Assembly: GCA_934120645.1 (NCBI GenBank)
Contig: CAKOUO010000004.1
Coordinates: 18,684 to 82,683 of the forward strand
From: an uncultured Clostridia bacterium
GTDB lineage: Bacteria > Bacillota > Clostridia > TANB77 > CAG-508
Length of the DNA: 64,000 nucleotides
Direction: 5' to 3'
Of the stretch, positions 19,857-30,092 are shown piece after piece. The position numbers were made by a program, and so were the translations under genes. Positions within the stretch are counted from its first letter, which is position 1, and every line of letters begins with the position of its first letter. The notes below the pieces were generated by a model. That model had not been told where the DNA came from and did not search any database. It saw nothing but the letters and a program-made list of their open reading frames with translations.

Positions 19857-21047
19857 TTATTTAGCCTCCTTTCTTAAACCTAAATATCTATAAGGGTTTT
19901 CTACTTTTCCAGTTTTAACGATTTCTAATAAATCTGTATATACTGATTCGATATCATTTGCAGTTGTATCTCTACCACCAATTCCATATATATAATTGCA
20001 CATTGGAACATTAGTGTTGTTTACATACATACTTGATGATACATCTTCAAATAATGCACCACCAATTGCATTTAAAGAATCTGATTTATCTAAAACAGCA
20101 ACAGCTTTTAAATGTGATAAAGCTTTAGCAACTTCTTCTCCAGGGAATGGTCTGTAAACTCTTATCTTTAATAATCCTGCTTTAATACCTTTAGCTCTTA
20201 AGTTGTCAACTACATATTTTGTTGTTCCTGCAGTAGAATTCATACATACTATTGCAATTTCTGCATCTTCAAGCTTATATTCTTCAAATAAACCATAATG
20301 TCTTCCAGTCCAAGCTTCAAAGTCCTTTGCAACATCTAGTATAACTTGCTTTGCTGCTTTCATTGCTTCTCCTTGTTGAGCTTTATGCTCAAATAAGTAA
20401 GCTTGTAAATCAAGTGGACCAACTGCAATTGGTTCATTTTTATTTAATAAATAATGTTCTGGATGATATTCACCAACGAATTTTTTTACTTCTGAATCTT
20501 CTTCAAGTTCTATATTTTCAATAGAATGTGATGTTATAAATCCATCTTGGCATATCATTAAAGGTAATTGCACATTTTTATTTTCTGCAATTCTGTGAGC
20601 CATTAAAGTGTTGTCATAAGCTTCTTGATTATTTTCAGAGAAAAGCATTATCCATCCAGCATCTCTAACTCCCATTGCATCTGAATGGTCATTGTGTATA
20701 TTAAGAGGTCCTGAAACAGCTCTGTTTACTAAATTTAAAACTATTGGTAATCTTAAACTTGAAGCAATGTAAATCATTTCCCACATTAATGATAAACCAT
20801 TTGCTGATGTAGCAGTCATAGCTCTTGCACCAGCTGCTTGAGCACCAATACATGCACTCATAGCACTATGTTCACTTTCGACTGCAACAAATTCTGTATC
20901 TACTGTTCCATTTGCAACAAATGTTGAAAAATATTGAGGAATTTCAGTAGATGGTGTTATAGGGAATGCTGCAACAACATCTGGGTTAATTTGTTTCATA
21001 GCAGTTGCTACTGCTTCATTTCCACTAAGTCTTTCACGAATACTCAT
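19857..21047 (-). CDS. 2-oxoacid:ferredoxin oxidoreductase, alpha subunit
   Basis: GNEAVA...AAFPITPSTEI...ESEHSAMSACIGA, and operon context. Confidence 0.85.
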   Translation of the reverse strand: MSIRERLSGNEAVATAMKQINPDVVAAFPITPSTEIPQYFSTFVANGTVDTEFVAVESEHSAMSACIGAQAAGARAMTATSANGLSLMWEMIYIASSLRLPIVLNLVNRAVSGPLNIHNDHSDAMGVRDAGWIMLFSENNQEAYDNTLMAHRIAENKNVQLPLMICQDGFITSHSIENIELEEDSEVKKFVGEYHPEHYLLNKNEPIAVGPLDLQAYLFEHKAQQGEAMKAAKQVILDVAKDFEAWTGRHYGLFEEYKLEDAEIAIVCMNSTAGTTKYVVDNLRAKGIKAGLLKIRVYRPFPGEEVAKALSHLKAVAVLDKSDSLNAIGGALFEDVSSSMYVNNTNVPMCNYIYGIGGRDTTANDIESVYTDLLEIVKTGKVENPYRYLGLRKEAK

Positions 21048-21349
21048 TAATCAACACCTTCTTCCTTCATTTCAATTGCAGCAAATGGGCATACTTTTGC
21101 ACATACACCACAACCTTTACAATAATCAAAATTAAAATCTGTTCTTTTTAATGTATCTTTACAAACTGGAATACTATTTTCTGGACAAACTGGAAAACAC
21201 AATCCACATTGTTTACACTTTTCTTCTATCCAAACAGGTCTTGAACTTCTCCAGTCACCTGTTTTAAAATTTCTAGCATTTCCTGCTTCATAAATATCTC
21301 CACCTCTTGTTAGTTCTTCCATAGGTGTTGTTTTATTTATATCAGCCAT
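21047..21349 (-). CDS. 2-oxoacid:ferredoxin oxidoreductase, delta (4Fe-4S) subunit
   Basis: CKQCGLCFPVCP and CKGCGVCAKVCP. Confidence 0.85.
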   Translation of the reverse strand: MADINKTTPMEELTRGGDIYEAGNARNFKTGDWRSSRPVWIEEKCKQCGLCFPVCPENSIPVCKDTLKRTDFNFDYCKGCGVCAKVCPFAAIEMKEEGVD

Positions 21350-21365
21350 AATAATATCTTCCTTT

Positions 21366-21944
21366 CTAAATTTTTTTAACTTCTTTTAAAGCAATTTCTA
21401 ATGCTTTCATATTTCCATCAATAACTTCTGGTTTTTTGGCAAATTTATGTTTAAATGAACCTTTCATATCTTCTAGAAAAGCTTCATCTGTCATAATTTT
21501 ACTAACCTTTACAATTGCAGCAAGCATTGGAGTGTTTGGAAAATATCTTCCTAAAGCTTCTTCTGATATTTTTCTTGCATCAATTGTATAAATATCACCA
21601 TTATATCCATTTAAAACTTTTTTTAGGTATTCAGGTGATTTTGTTGTGTTAATAACAATTGCTCCTGATTCTTTTAAACCAGCTGTAACTGGAACACTTT
21701 CTAAAAGTGTATCATCAACTACTACAACATAATCTGGTTCATAAATATTACTATGAACTGTAATTGGTTTGTCGCTAATTCTATTATAAGCTGTAATTGG
21801 AGCACCCATTCTTTCTGGACCATATTCTGGAAATCCTTGAATATATTTACCAGTATTAAATGCAGCATCTGCTAATAATAAAGATGCTGTTTTGGCTCCT
21901 TGACCGCCTCTACCATGCCATCTAATTTCTATTAAGTTATCCAT
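21366..21944 (-). CDS. 2-oxoacid:ferredoxin oxidoreductase, gamma subunit
   Basis: IRWHGRGGQGAKTAS signature, first gene of the operon. Confidence 0.85.
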   Translation of the reverse strand: MDNLIEIRWHGRGGQGAKTASLLLADAAFNTGKYIQGFPEYGPERMGAPITAYNRISDKPITVHSNIYEPDYVVVVDDTLLESVPVTAGLKESGAIVINTTKSPEYLKKVLNGYNGDIYTIDARKISEEALGRYFPNTPMLAAIVKVSKIMTDEAFLEDMKGSFKHKFAKKPEVIDGNMKALEIALKEVKKI

Positions 21945-22111
21945 TAAAAAGCCTCCTTTTATATAATTTTATATGCTTAGTATATGCCAAATAAAAACGC
22001 ATGTCAAGTGAATTTTTGTACCTCATAGTCAAATGAAAAAAATATATAAGCTGGACATTTTAAGAAAAATGTAGTACAATTTATAGACAATATAAAAAAA
22101 GAGGCGTAGTG

Positions 22112-23077
22112 ATGAAAGTAAGTATAGATAACATAGTTAAAGAAATGCCAAAAGATTTAACTGAAATTGAAAAAGTTAGATATTTATATATAGAGATAGG
22201 AAAGATTTCGTCATTTAATGTAGAGTATGCATGTTCTTTAGATGATGGATTTTGTCGATATTTGTATAATGAAAAAATGTCAATAATGGAATTAGAAAGA
22301 CAAAATTATCAAAATAAAGTACAAGTATTGTGCAAACAGGAATCTGAATTATTGGCTGAAATATTAAACAAAATAGGAATAAAATCAGAAATAGTAGGAA
22401 TCGACAAAGATATATTAGGACATGTGGATGCTGTTGTTACAATAGGCGATAAGAAATATTGCTTAGATTTAGTTACAGATACATATAATATTCAAAAAGG
22501 GCTTAAAACAAAAAAATTTGCAACTACTGAAAAATTATTTAATGGAATGAAATGTGACACAATAAGTGAAGAAGAATTAAGAAAAATAGATATAAAATTA
22601 GGATATTGTAAAAAAGGAATTTATACAGATGAAATAATAGAAATGTTAAAAGTTGAGATGACAAGCCCTGAAACTATGGAAAGATATATGATATCTAGGA
22701 ATCCAAGTTTGAAAGATAAAAAAATAACTAAAGATATGATTTTTAAATATAAAGTTGATTTTATTTATAAATTTATAAGAAATAATATGGCAGAAGAAGA
22801 TAAGTTGGAAATAATGGAATTAAGAGATTATTATAAGTATATATTTAAGAATATTTTAACTCCAGAAGAAAGAAGTAAGATGAAAAGATATTTCTTTTCA
22901 TATAAAGAGAATAGACAATTAAGATATTCTATGGTTTCTGAAGTAAAATATGAATCTGGAAAGACATATTACATTTATAAAGATGAAGATAGAGGGTTTA
23001 GCGAAATTTCAGGAGACGAGTTAAAAAAATTATCTAGTAGTATAAGTTATTTTAATGAAGGACCAGAATTAGAATAA
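22112..23077 (+). CDS. hypothetical protein, possible transglutaminase-like cysteine protease fold
   Basis: A Cys...His...Asp arrangement (VLCKQESELLAEILNKIGI...GHVDAVV...CLDLV) resembles the transglutaminase core. Weak. Confidence 0.3.
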   Translation: MKVSIDNIVKEMPKDLTEIEKVRYLYIEIGKISSFNVEYACSLDDGFCRYLYNEKMSIMELERQNYQNKVQVLCKQESELLAEILNKIGIKSEIVGIDKDILGHVDAVVTIGDKKYCLDLVTDTYNIQKGLKTKKFATTEKLFNGMKCDTISEEELRKIDIKLGYCKKGIYTDEIIEMLKVEMTSPETMERYMISRNPSLKDKKITKDMIFKYKVDFIYKFIRNNMAEEDKLEIMELRDYYKYIFKNILTPEERSKMKRYFFSYKENRQLRYSMVSEVKYESGKTYYIYKDEDRGFSEISGDELKKLSSSISYFNEGPELE

Positions 23078-23115
23078 AGGTATTAGAAATTTTCTAATAC
23101 CTTTATTTAGTATTA

Positions 23116-23334
23116 CTAGCTAATAATTTTTTTATTATCTTCTATATTAATAAGTTCAGACAAATTACATTCTAAATATTTGCATAAATCTTCTAAGTAT
23201 TTAAAAGAAATTGATGTTGTTTCACCATATATAATACGATTTAAATTTCTATTATTTATATTCATTTTTTGGCAAAGCCAATATTTGGATTTATTTTTCT
23301 TTTTTAGTAGTCTTTCTATATTAAAACTTACCAT
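23116..23334 (-). CDS. XRE-family helix-turn-helix regulator (about 72 aa)
   Basis: KSKYWLCQKMNINNRNLNRIIYGETTSISFKYLEDLCKYLECNLSELI. ATG at 23334 follows AGAGGTG. Divergent from the pilin-like gene. Confidence 0.7.
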   Translation of the reverse strand: MVSFNIERLLKKKNKSKYWLCQKMNINNRNLNRIIYGETTSISFKYLEDLCKYLECNLSELINIEDNKKIIS

Positions 23335-23460
23335 ATTTATACACCTCTGGTAAAATTTTAATATAAAAGAATTATACATATAAGATATTTACAAGTACCT
23401 TATATTTATTATATAATTATTATATGAGATAAAAAATTATATAAAACAAAGGAGAAAAAT

Positions 23461-25398
23461 ATGAGGAAAACATTAGAAAATAAAAAAGGAATAACATTAA
23501 TAGCCCTTGTAATTACAATAATCATATTGTTAATTTTAGCAGGAGTAGCAATAGCAACGTTAAGTGGAGAAAACGGATTATTAGCAAAAGTAAAGAAAGC
23601 AAAAGAAGCAGAAATAAAAGCAGAAATGAAAGAAGAATTAACACTAGCTTTGCATGACTTGCAAATAGAAAAAAGAGCAGAAGCAACGTTAGATGATGTA
23701 ACACAAGACTGGATAAATGAGCAAATAAAGAAATATGAATGCACAATAAAAGATGATGCATCATTAAGTGGAAAACAAGTAATAATGAAAAAAGACAAAA
23801 TTATAGGAAAGTTTTTAATAGATGGAAATTTAAATATTGTTGAAGAAGAATATAACGAAAGTAGTATAGAATTCTTATATGAAACAAGAGAAAGAGAAGG
23901 CAATAAAATAAATATAGCTATAACAATAAAAGATGAAATAAATGGAATAAAAGAAGTACAAATGCCAGATGGAACAATATATCCATATAACAAAAAGGAA
24001 CAAGTAGGAATAGATTATTTAGTAGAATTAGGAGTAGAATACAAAGTTAAGATAACATCAGAAAGTGGAGAAATAGTAGAAAAGACAATAAAAATAGATG
24101 ACTATTATTATAAAATAACAAAGAACTTAGGAGATGGAATTAAGATAGACAATACAGCAATAAAAACAGCATGGAATAAACCTTATCAAGCAACAATATC
24201 AACAGAAGGAGATTATATAATAGACACAATAACAGTAACAATGGGAGGACAAGCAGTAACAGTAGATAAAACAACAGGAGTAATAAACATAGAAAAAGTA
24301 ACAGATGATATAGAAATAACAGCAACAGCAAAGAAATTAGAAATAAAATATACAGTAATAGCAGTAAATACACTTCCAAGTGATACTACATCATTGGAAG
24401 CAAATACACAACCAAAAGGAAGAACATTATATATAAATATAATAGCAAACTTGGAAGGAACAAAGTGTAATGTAATTAATAAAGATGATAAGAAATCAGT
24501 ACCATATGCAATAACGAAAAACGGAAAATATATATTTATAGTTACGGGAACATATAATGGAAAAACAATAACAGAAGAAAAAGAAGTGCTAGTCAATCAA
24601 TATCAATCAGCACCAGATTTAGTAAAATATGATGCAGGAGAATGGACAAAAGAAGAAATAGAAGAATTACAAAATCAAAAATTATATGATATAAACATAG
24701 AACATAATGGAAATGATACTTTTAAATTAGTTAGTGATAATGGACTAAATTTTACATTTGGAGGTTTTACATATAAGGAGGATATAACAAATCAAAGTGC
24801 AATAGAATCAGGAAAAGTAATAACAAGTAGAAACCAAAGTATATATCCTACAGCTGGATGGGGAACACCTAAATATGATGGATGGCAGATATTGGACAAA
24901 CATAATGAAAATGGAAGAACATATGTAACAAAATTAATACATGCAGGTTCACCAGAAAATTTTGTAAATACAAATTGGAATAATAATAATGATGTAGAAA
25001 GAGCAGAATATTTATTATCAACTGGCCAAAGACAAAAAGAATATAATACGTTAAATGATACTAATAAAACTGTAATAAATCCAAGAAGATGGGATTTATA
25101 TAAAGATAAAAATCAATTGGATTTAATAAAAGATGTTCATTGTATGACATATGATGAAGCTTTTGCAATAACAGGAGATACATCTAAAACAACAGGTGTT
25201 AGGAGCACTGGAGGAGGATATTATCTTACTTCTAAGTTTGACAGTACATATTTATGGTATGTTGCGTCTGATGGTAGTATGGGATATAGTGGTTATCTAT
25301 GTTGGGGAATTCGTCCAGTAATAACAATGGTAGACGGAGTCTATATATCAAGTGGAACAGGAACAGAAGCTGATCCATATGTACTAGCAAAAGAATAA
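23461..25398 (+). CDS. large pilin-like protein, paralog 1 (prepilin-type N-terminus without Glu5, C-terminal GIRPV-motif domain)
   Basis: KKG|ITLIALVITIIILLILAGVAIATL class-III-signal-like N-terminus. The C-terminal YYLTS...WGIRPVI resembles the DUF6273-type ending (recollection). Confidence 0.6.
   Translation: MRKTLENKKGITLIALVITIIILLILAGVAIATLSGENGLLAKVKKAKEAEIKAEMKEELTLALHDLQIEKRAEATLDDVTQDWINEQIKKYECTIKDDASLSGKQVIMKKDKIIGKFLIDGNLNIVEEEYNESSIEFLYETREREGNKINIAITIKDEINGIKEVQMPDGTIYPYNKKEQVGIDYLVELGVEYKVKITSESGEIVEKTIKIDDYYYKITKNLGDGIKIDNTAIKTAWNKPYQATISTEGDYIIDTITVTMGGQAVTVDKTTGVINIEKVTDDIEITATAKKLEIKYTVIAVNTLPSDTTSLEANTQPKGRTLYINIIANLEGTKCNVINKDDKKSVPYAITKNGKYIFIVTGTYNGKTITEEKEVLVNQYQSAPDLVKYDAGEWTKEEIEELQNQKLYDINIEHNGNDTFKLVSDNGLNFTFGGFTYKEDITNQSAIESGKVITSRNQSIYPTAGWGTPKYDGWQILDKHNENGRTYVTKLIHAGSPENFVNTNWNNNNDVERAEYLLSTGQRQKEYNTLNDTNKTVINPRRWDLYKDKNQLDLIKDVHCMTYDEAFAITGDTSKTTGVRSTGGGYYLTSKFDSTYLWYVASDGSMGYSGYLCWGIRPVITMVDGVYISSGTGTEADPYVLAKE
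23488..24606 (+). repeat. 1.1-kb near-identical direct repeat, copy 1 (5' parts of the pilin-like paralogs)
   Basis: Aligns base-for-base with 25444..26562 (offset 1956 nt), with only scattered substitutions by eye. Confidence 0.9.
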
Positions 25399-25422
25399 AA
25401 TAGTAAAAGGAGATAGGTACAA

Positions 25423-27334
25423 ATGAAATTAAAAAAAGAGCAGGGAATAACATTAGTAGCCCTTGTAATTACAATAATCATATTGTTAATTTTAGCAGGA
25501 GTAGCAATAGCAACGTTAAGTGGAGAAAACGGATTATTAGCAAAAGTAAAGAAAGCAAAAGAAGCAGAAATAAAAGCAGAAATGAAAGAAGAATTAACAC
25601 TAGCTTTGCATGACTTGCAAATAGAAAAAAGAGCAGAAGCAACATTAGATGATGTAACACAAGATTGGATAAAAGGTCAAATAAAAAAATATGAATGCAC
25701 AGTAAATGATGATGCATCACTAAGTGGAAAACAAGTAATAATGAAAAAAGACAAAATTATAGGAAAATTTTTAATAGATGGAAATTTAAATATTATTGAA
25801 GAAGAATATAACGAAAGTAGTATAGAATTCTCATATGAAACAAGAGAAAGAGAAGGCAATAAAATAAATATAGCTATAATAATAAAAGATGAAATAAATG
25901 GAATAAAAGAAGTACAAATGCCAGATGGAACAATATATCCATATAACAAAAAGGAACAAGTAGGAATAGATTATTCAGTAGAATTAGGAGTAGAATACAA
26001 AGTTAAGATAACATCAGAAAGTGGAGAAGTAGTAGAGAAAACAATAAAAATAGATGACTACTATTATAAAGTAACAAAAAATTTAGGAGAGGGAATAAAA
26101 ATAGACAATACAGCAATAAAAACAGCATGGAATAAACCATATCAAGCAACAATAACAACAGAAGAAAATTATATAATAGATACAATAACAGTAACAATGG
26201 GAGGACAAGCAGTAACAGTAGATAAAACAACAGGAGTAATAAATATAGATAAAGTAACAGATGATATAGAAATAACAGCAACAGCAAAGAAATTAGAAAT
26301 AAAATATACAGTAATAGCAGTAAATACACTTCCAAGTGATACTACATCATTGGAAGCAAATACACAACCAAAAGGAAGAACATTATATATAAATATAATA
26401 GCAAACTTGGAAGGAACAAAGTGTAATGTAATTAATAAAGATGATAAGAAATCAGTACCATATGCAATAACGAAAAACGGAAAATATATATTTATAGTTA
26501 CGGGAACATATAATGGAAAAACAATAACAGAAGAAAAAGAAGTGCTAGTCAATCAATATCAAGCAGCAACAGGAATAGTACAATATGATGCAGGAGAATG
26601 GACAAAAGAGGAAATAGAAGAATTACAAAAGCAAAAATTGTATGATATAAATGTAAAAAAGACAATTAACAGCACATATAAATTAACAAATAATACAGGT
26701 TTAAATTTTACATTTGGTGGATTTACATATAAAGAAGATTCAGACAATCAAAGTTCAATAAATAATAAAACAGTAATAACAAGTAGAAACCAAAGCGTGA
26801 GTCCAGGAAGTGAATGGGGAGTACCAAAATTTGCTGGATGGCAAATATTAGAAAGTAAAGAAGAAAATGGAAAAATGTATGTAACAAAATTAGTACATTC
26901 AGGCTCTCCAGAAAATTTTTCGTATTATTATGCTACAGTAAATGATGGATACAGAGCAGAATATTTATTATCAAATGGAACAAGACAAACAGAACATAGT
27001 ACATTGGAAAATAGTAATAAAACAACAATAAATTCGAGAAATTGGGACATGTATAAGGATAAAAATCAATTAGATTTAATAGACGAAGTACATTGTATGA
27101 CATATAGTGAAGCAAAATCAGCAAAATCTAATGTTAGAATTACAGGAGCATATTATTGTCTTGCTTATACCGATCAACGGTGATTATATAAGGAGCGTAA
27201 GTTCAGACGGTTATTATAGAGATGATCACCATTATTGTAAGGGTGTGCGACCTGTGATTTCTCTAAAATCTGGAGTCTATATATCAAGTGGAACAGGAAC
27301 AGAAGCTGATCCATATGTACTAGCAAAAGAATAA
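25423..27334 (+). CDS. large pilin-like protein, paralog 2; frame broken (+1) at in-frame CGG 27178-27180
   Basis: Same N-terminus (QG|ITLVALVITIIILLILAG). The 0-frame ends ...AYTDQ-R*. The +1 frame continues GDYIRSVSSDG...GVRPVISLKSGVYISSGTGTEADPYVLAKE, collinear with paralog 1. Confidence 0.6.
25444..26562 (+). repeat. 1.1-kb near-identical direct repeat, copy 2
   Basis: See copy 1. In addition the last ~65 nt (25336..25403 versus 27272..27339) are identical. Confidence 0.9.
27178..27181 (+). other. frame-break site: CAA CGG T (the CGG is followed by a 0-frame TGA)
   Basis: In-frame CGG. The +1 codon GGT continues the paralog-conserved C-terminus. Confidence 0.45.
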
Positions 27335-27345
27335 AATAAATGTTT

Positions 27346-27375
27346 AAGACAATGAGAAATCATTGTCTTTTTTTC
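27346..27375 (+). terminator. rho-independent terminator after the pilin-like pair
   Basis: AAGACAATGA gaaa TCATTGTCTT followed by TTTTTT. Confidence 0.75.
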
Positions 27376-27454
27376 ATGTAAACAAACAAATAATAGTAAC
27401 TTCAAAAAAGTATTTTACATAAAATATATTAGGATAAATAAAAGGAGGCAATTT

Positions 27455-28225
27455 ATGAATGAAATACTTGAAGTTAAAAATATAAGCAAAAAATATCAAA
27501 ATAAAGAAGGAGAAGTTCAAGCTTTAAAAAACGTTAATTTTAGAGTAAAAAAAGGTGAATTTGTTAGTATTATAGGACCAAGTGGATGTGGAAAATCTAC
27601 CTTACTTTCAATTATAGCTGGGTTAGAAGATAAATCAGGAGGAGAAATATACATAGAAAATGAAAAAATTGAAGGAATATCTTCTAAAATAGGCTATATG
27701 TTACAAAAAGATTGCTTGTTAGAGTGGAGAAATATATTGAATAATACTTTATTTGGGCTTGAAATAAAAGGAATTAAGAATGCAGAAAATGTTGCATATG
27801 TAGAAGAATTATTAAAAAAATATAGTTTATACGAATTTAAAAACAAGTATCCATCAGAACTTTCTGGAGGAATGAGGCAAAGAGTTGCATTAATTAGAAC
27901 ATTGGCAGTTAAGCCAAAAATATTATTATTAGATGAAGCATTTTCTGCATTAGATTATCAAACAAGAATAATGGTAACAAATGATATCTATTCTATTCTT
28001 AGAAAGGAAAAAATAACAGCAATAATTGTAACACATGATATATCAGAAGCAATAAGTATGTCAGATAGGGTTTTAGTATTAAGCAAAAGACCAGGAACAA
28101 TAAAAGATATCCATAAAATTGACTTTGATATAGAAAATCGAACTCCTATAAATTGCAGACAAAGTCCTAAATTTAGTCAATACTTTGACGTCTTATGGAA
28201 GGAGCTTGGTGTAAATGAAAGTTAA
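27455..28225 (+). CDS. ABC transporter ATP-binding protein (NitT/TauT family)
   Basis: Walker A GPSGCGKST, signature LSGGMRQR, Walker B ILLLDEAFSALD. Confidence 0.9.
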   Translation: MNEILEVKNISKKYQNKEGEVQALKNVNFRVKKGEFVSIIGPSGCGKSTLLSIIAGLEDKSGGEIYIENEKIEGISSKIGYMLQKDCLLEWRNILNNTLFGLEIKGIKNAENVAYVEELLKKYSLYEFKNKYPSELSGGMRQRVALIRTLAVKPKILLLDEAFSALDYQTRIMVTNDIYSILRKEKITAIIVTHDISEAISMSDRVLVLSKRPGTIKDIHKIDFDIENRTPINCRQSPKFSQYFDVLWKELGVNES

Positions 28226-29010
28226 TAATATATCTAAAGAAAGAAAAAAATATTTAAAAAATATAAGAAAAAATAAAACATTGGTACTATTAACTCAAAT
28301 TCTTCTTTTAGTTGGATTTTTAGCCTTATGGGAAGTTTTAGCAAACAATAAAATAATAGATAGCTTTATTACAAGTCAACCAAGTAGAATTGTAAAAACA
28401 TTTATGAACTTATCTTCAAATAATTTGCTAGAGCATATTAGGGTTACAACATATGAAACTGTAATAGGATTTGGATTAGGAACATTTTTAGGATTAATTA
28501 TAGCAATTATTTTATGGTGGTCAAAGTTTTTAGCAAAAGTATCAGAGCCTTTTTTAGTAGTATTAAATAGTTTGCCAAAGGTTGCATTACGGACCAATAA
28601 TAATAATATGGGTTGGATCTGGAATGCCTGCTATTATTGTAATGGCTGTTGCTATATCATTAATAGTAACAATACTAGAAATATTAAATGGATTTTTAAA
28701 AACTGATAAAGATATTATAAAAATGGCAAAAACATTTAAATGTAATAAATTTCAGTTATTAACTAAGATTGTTATACCAGCAAATATAGGAACATTTGTA
28801 AATTCATTAAAAGTAAATATAGGACTTTCTTTAGTAGGTGTAATATCAGGAGAATTCTTAGTATCTAAAGCGGGATTAGGATATTTAATTGTATATGGAG
28901 GTCAAGTATTTAAATTAGATTTAGTAATGACAAGTGTAATTATATTAGGTATCTTAGCAGGAATTATGTACGGAGGAGTATTACTAGTAGAAAAGTTTAT
29001 CCGAAAATAG
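28215..29010 (+). CDS. ABC transporter permease (NitT/TauT family); frame broken (+1) at in-frame CGG 28590-28592
   Basis: The 0-frame reads ...LNSLPKVAL-RTNNNNMGW..., which is nonsense. The +1 frame gives GPIIIIWVGSGMPAIIVMAVAISLIV..., the conserved permease core, and continues to 29010. Confidence 0.8.
28590..28593 (+). other. frame-break site: TTA CGG A
   Basis: In-frame CGG. The +1 GGA CCA ATA... restores the permease. Confidence 0.5.
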
Positions 29011-29033
29011 AAAAATAATGGGAGGATTTAAAA

Positions 29034-30044
29034 GTGAAGAAAAGACTAATAATAGGAATTGTACTTCTAATAATTGTTGTTATTATAGGGGCTGTAGTAG
29101 TTAAAAATACAAGAAAAAATGAAAATACAGGAATGTCAGTTATAAAAATGAATGAAGTAACACGTTCTGTATTTTATGCTCCACAATATGTGGCAATTAA
29201 TAATGGATATTTTAAAGATTATGGAATAGAAATAGAATTAACAACTGGTCAAGGAGCAGATGCAGTAATGACATCAGTATTATCTGGTGAGTCTCAAATA
29301 GGATTTGCAGGACCAGAGGCATCAATTTATGTTTATAATGAAGGAAAAGAAGATTATACTCAAGTATTTGCACAACTTACAAAAAGAGATGGCTCATTTT
29401 TAGTATCAAAAGAGAAAACAAATAAATTTAATTGGAATGATTTAAAAGGAAAAACAGTAATACCAGGAAGAAAAGGTGGAGTTCCTTATATGACATTAGA
29501 ATATGTTATTAAACAAAATGGATTGGTACCAGGAAAGGATTTAACATTAGATGATAGTATTAAATTTGATTTAATGGCAAGTGCATTTACATCTGGAAGT
29601 GCAGATTATGTTACATTATTTGAACCAACAGCTTCAAATATTCAAAAATTAGGAAAAGGGTATATAGTTGCATCTGTTGGAAAAGAAGCGGGAGAAATAC
29701 CTTATACTGCTTATTTTGCTAAGAAAAGTTATATAGAAAAAAATGAAGCAACAATTCAAAATTTTACAAATGCTATATATAAAGGGCAAAAATGGGTTAA
29801 AGAACATACTGCAAAAGAAATAGCAGAAACAATTCAAAGCTTTTTCCCAGATACTGATATTGAACTTTTAACTACAGCAATTCAAAGTTACAAAGATATT
29901 GATGCTTGGAATGAAACTCCAGTGTTAAAACAAGAGAGTTTTGAAAAATTACAAGATGTTATGAGTTTAGCAGGAGAATTAACAAAAAAAGCTCCATATG
30001 ATAAAATTATAAATAATAAATATGCAGAAGAAACTATAAAATAA
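29034..30044 (+). CDS. ABC transporter substrate-binding lipoprotein-like protein (NMT1/THI5-SsuA type)
   Basis: GTG start after GGGAGG, N-terminal TM/signal anchor, SBP-like sequence (YAPQYVAINNGYFKDYGIEIEL), operon context. Confidence 0.7.
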   Translation: MKKRLIIGIVLLIIVVIIGAVVVKNTRKNENTGMSVIKMNEVTRSVFYAPQYVAINNGYFKDYGIEIELTTGQGADAVMTSVLSGESQIGFAGPEASIYVYNEGKEDYTQVFAQLTKRDGSFLVSKEKTNKFNWNDLKGKTVIPGRKGGVPYMTLEYVIKQNGLVPGKDLTLDDSIKFDLMASAFTSGSADYVTLFEPTASNIQKLGKGYIVASVGKEAGEIPYTAYFAKKSYIEKNEATIQNFTNAIYKGQKWVKEHTAKEIAETIQSFFPDTDIELLTTAIQSYKDIDAWNETPVLKQESFEKLQDVMSLAGELTKKAPYDKIINNKYAEETIK

Positions 30045-30048
30045 AAAA

Positions 30049-30092
30049 AAGGATAATTGATTACTTTGATAAGAATCAATTATCCTTTTTTA
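30049..30092 (+). terminator. rho-independent terminator after the ABC operon
   Basis: AAGGATAATTGATT ... AATCAATTATCCTT followed by TTTT. Confidence 0.75.

Noticed and set aside
23409-23993. A 194-aa minus-strand ORF, together with many other listed antisense ORFs (e.g. 718..1095, 1880..2185, 4891..5136, 5498..5914, 16844..17266, 24213..24596, 26169..26552, 30876..31505, 31518..31901, 33379..33819, 43065..43454, 57195..57728).
   Set aside because: Each lies entirely antisense to (or, for 43065..43454, mostly antisense to) a well-supported gene. They have low-complexity Leu/Phe/Ser/Ile-rich translations typical of shadow ORFs in AT-rich DNA, and none has a recognisable RBS or motif.
27107-27334. 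The ORFs 27107..27334, 28582..29010, 37054..37296, 37274..37687 and 61708..61902 treated as independent genes.
   Set aside because: Each is the collinear continuation of the upstream gene in the +1 frame. Their listed Met/Leu starts are artefacts of ORF calling and lack an RBS.
27376-27454. A TPP (THI-box) or other riboswitch in front of the NMT1/THI5-like ABC operon.
   Set aside because: The leader is only about 80 nt of A/T-rich sequence with none of the conserved THI-box blocks (e.g. CTGAGA ... ACCTGA).
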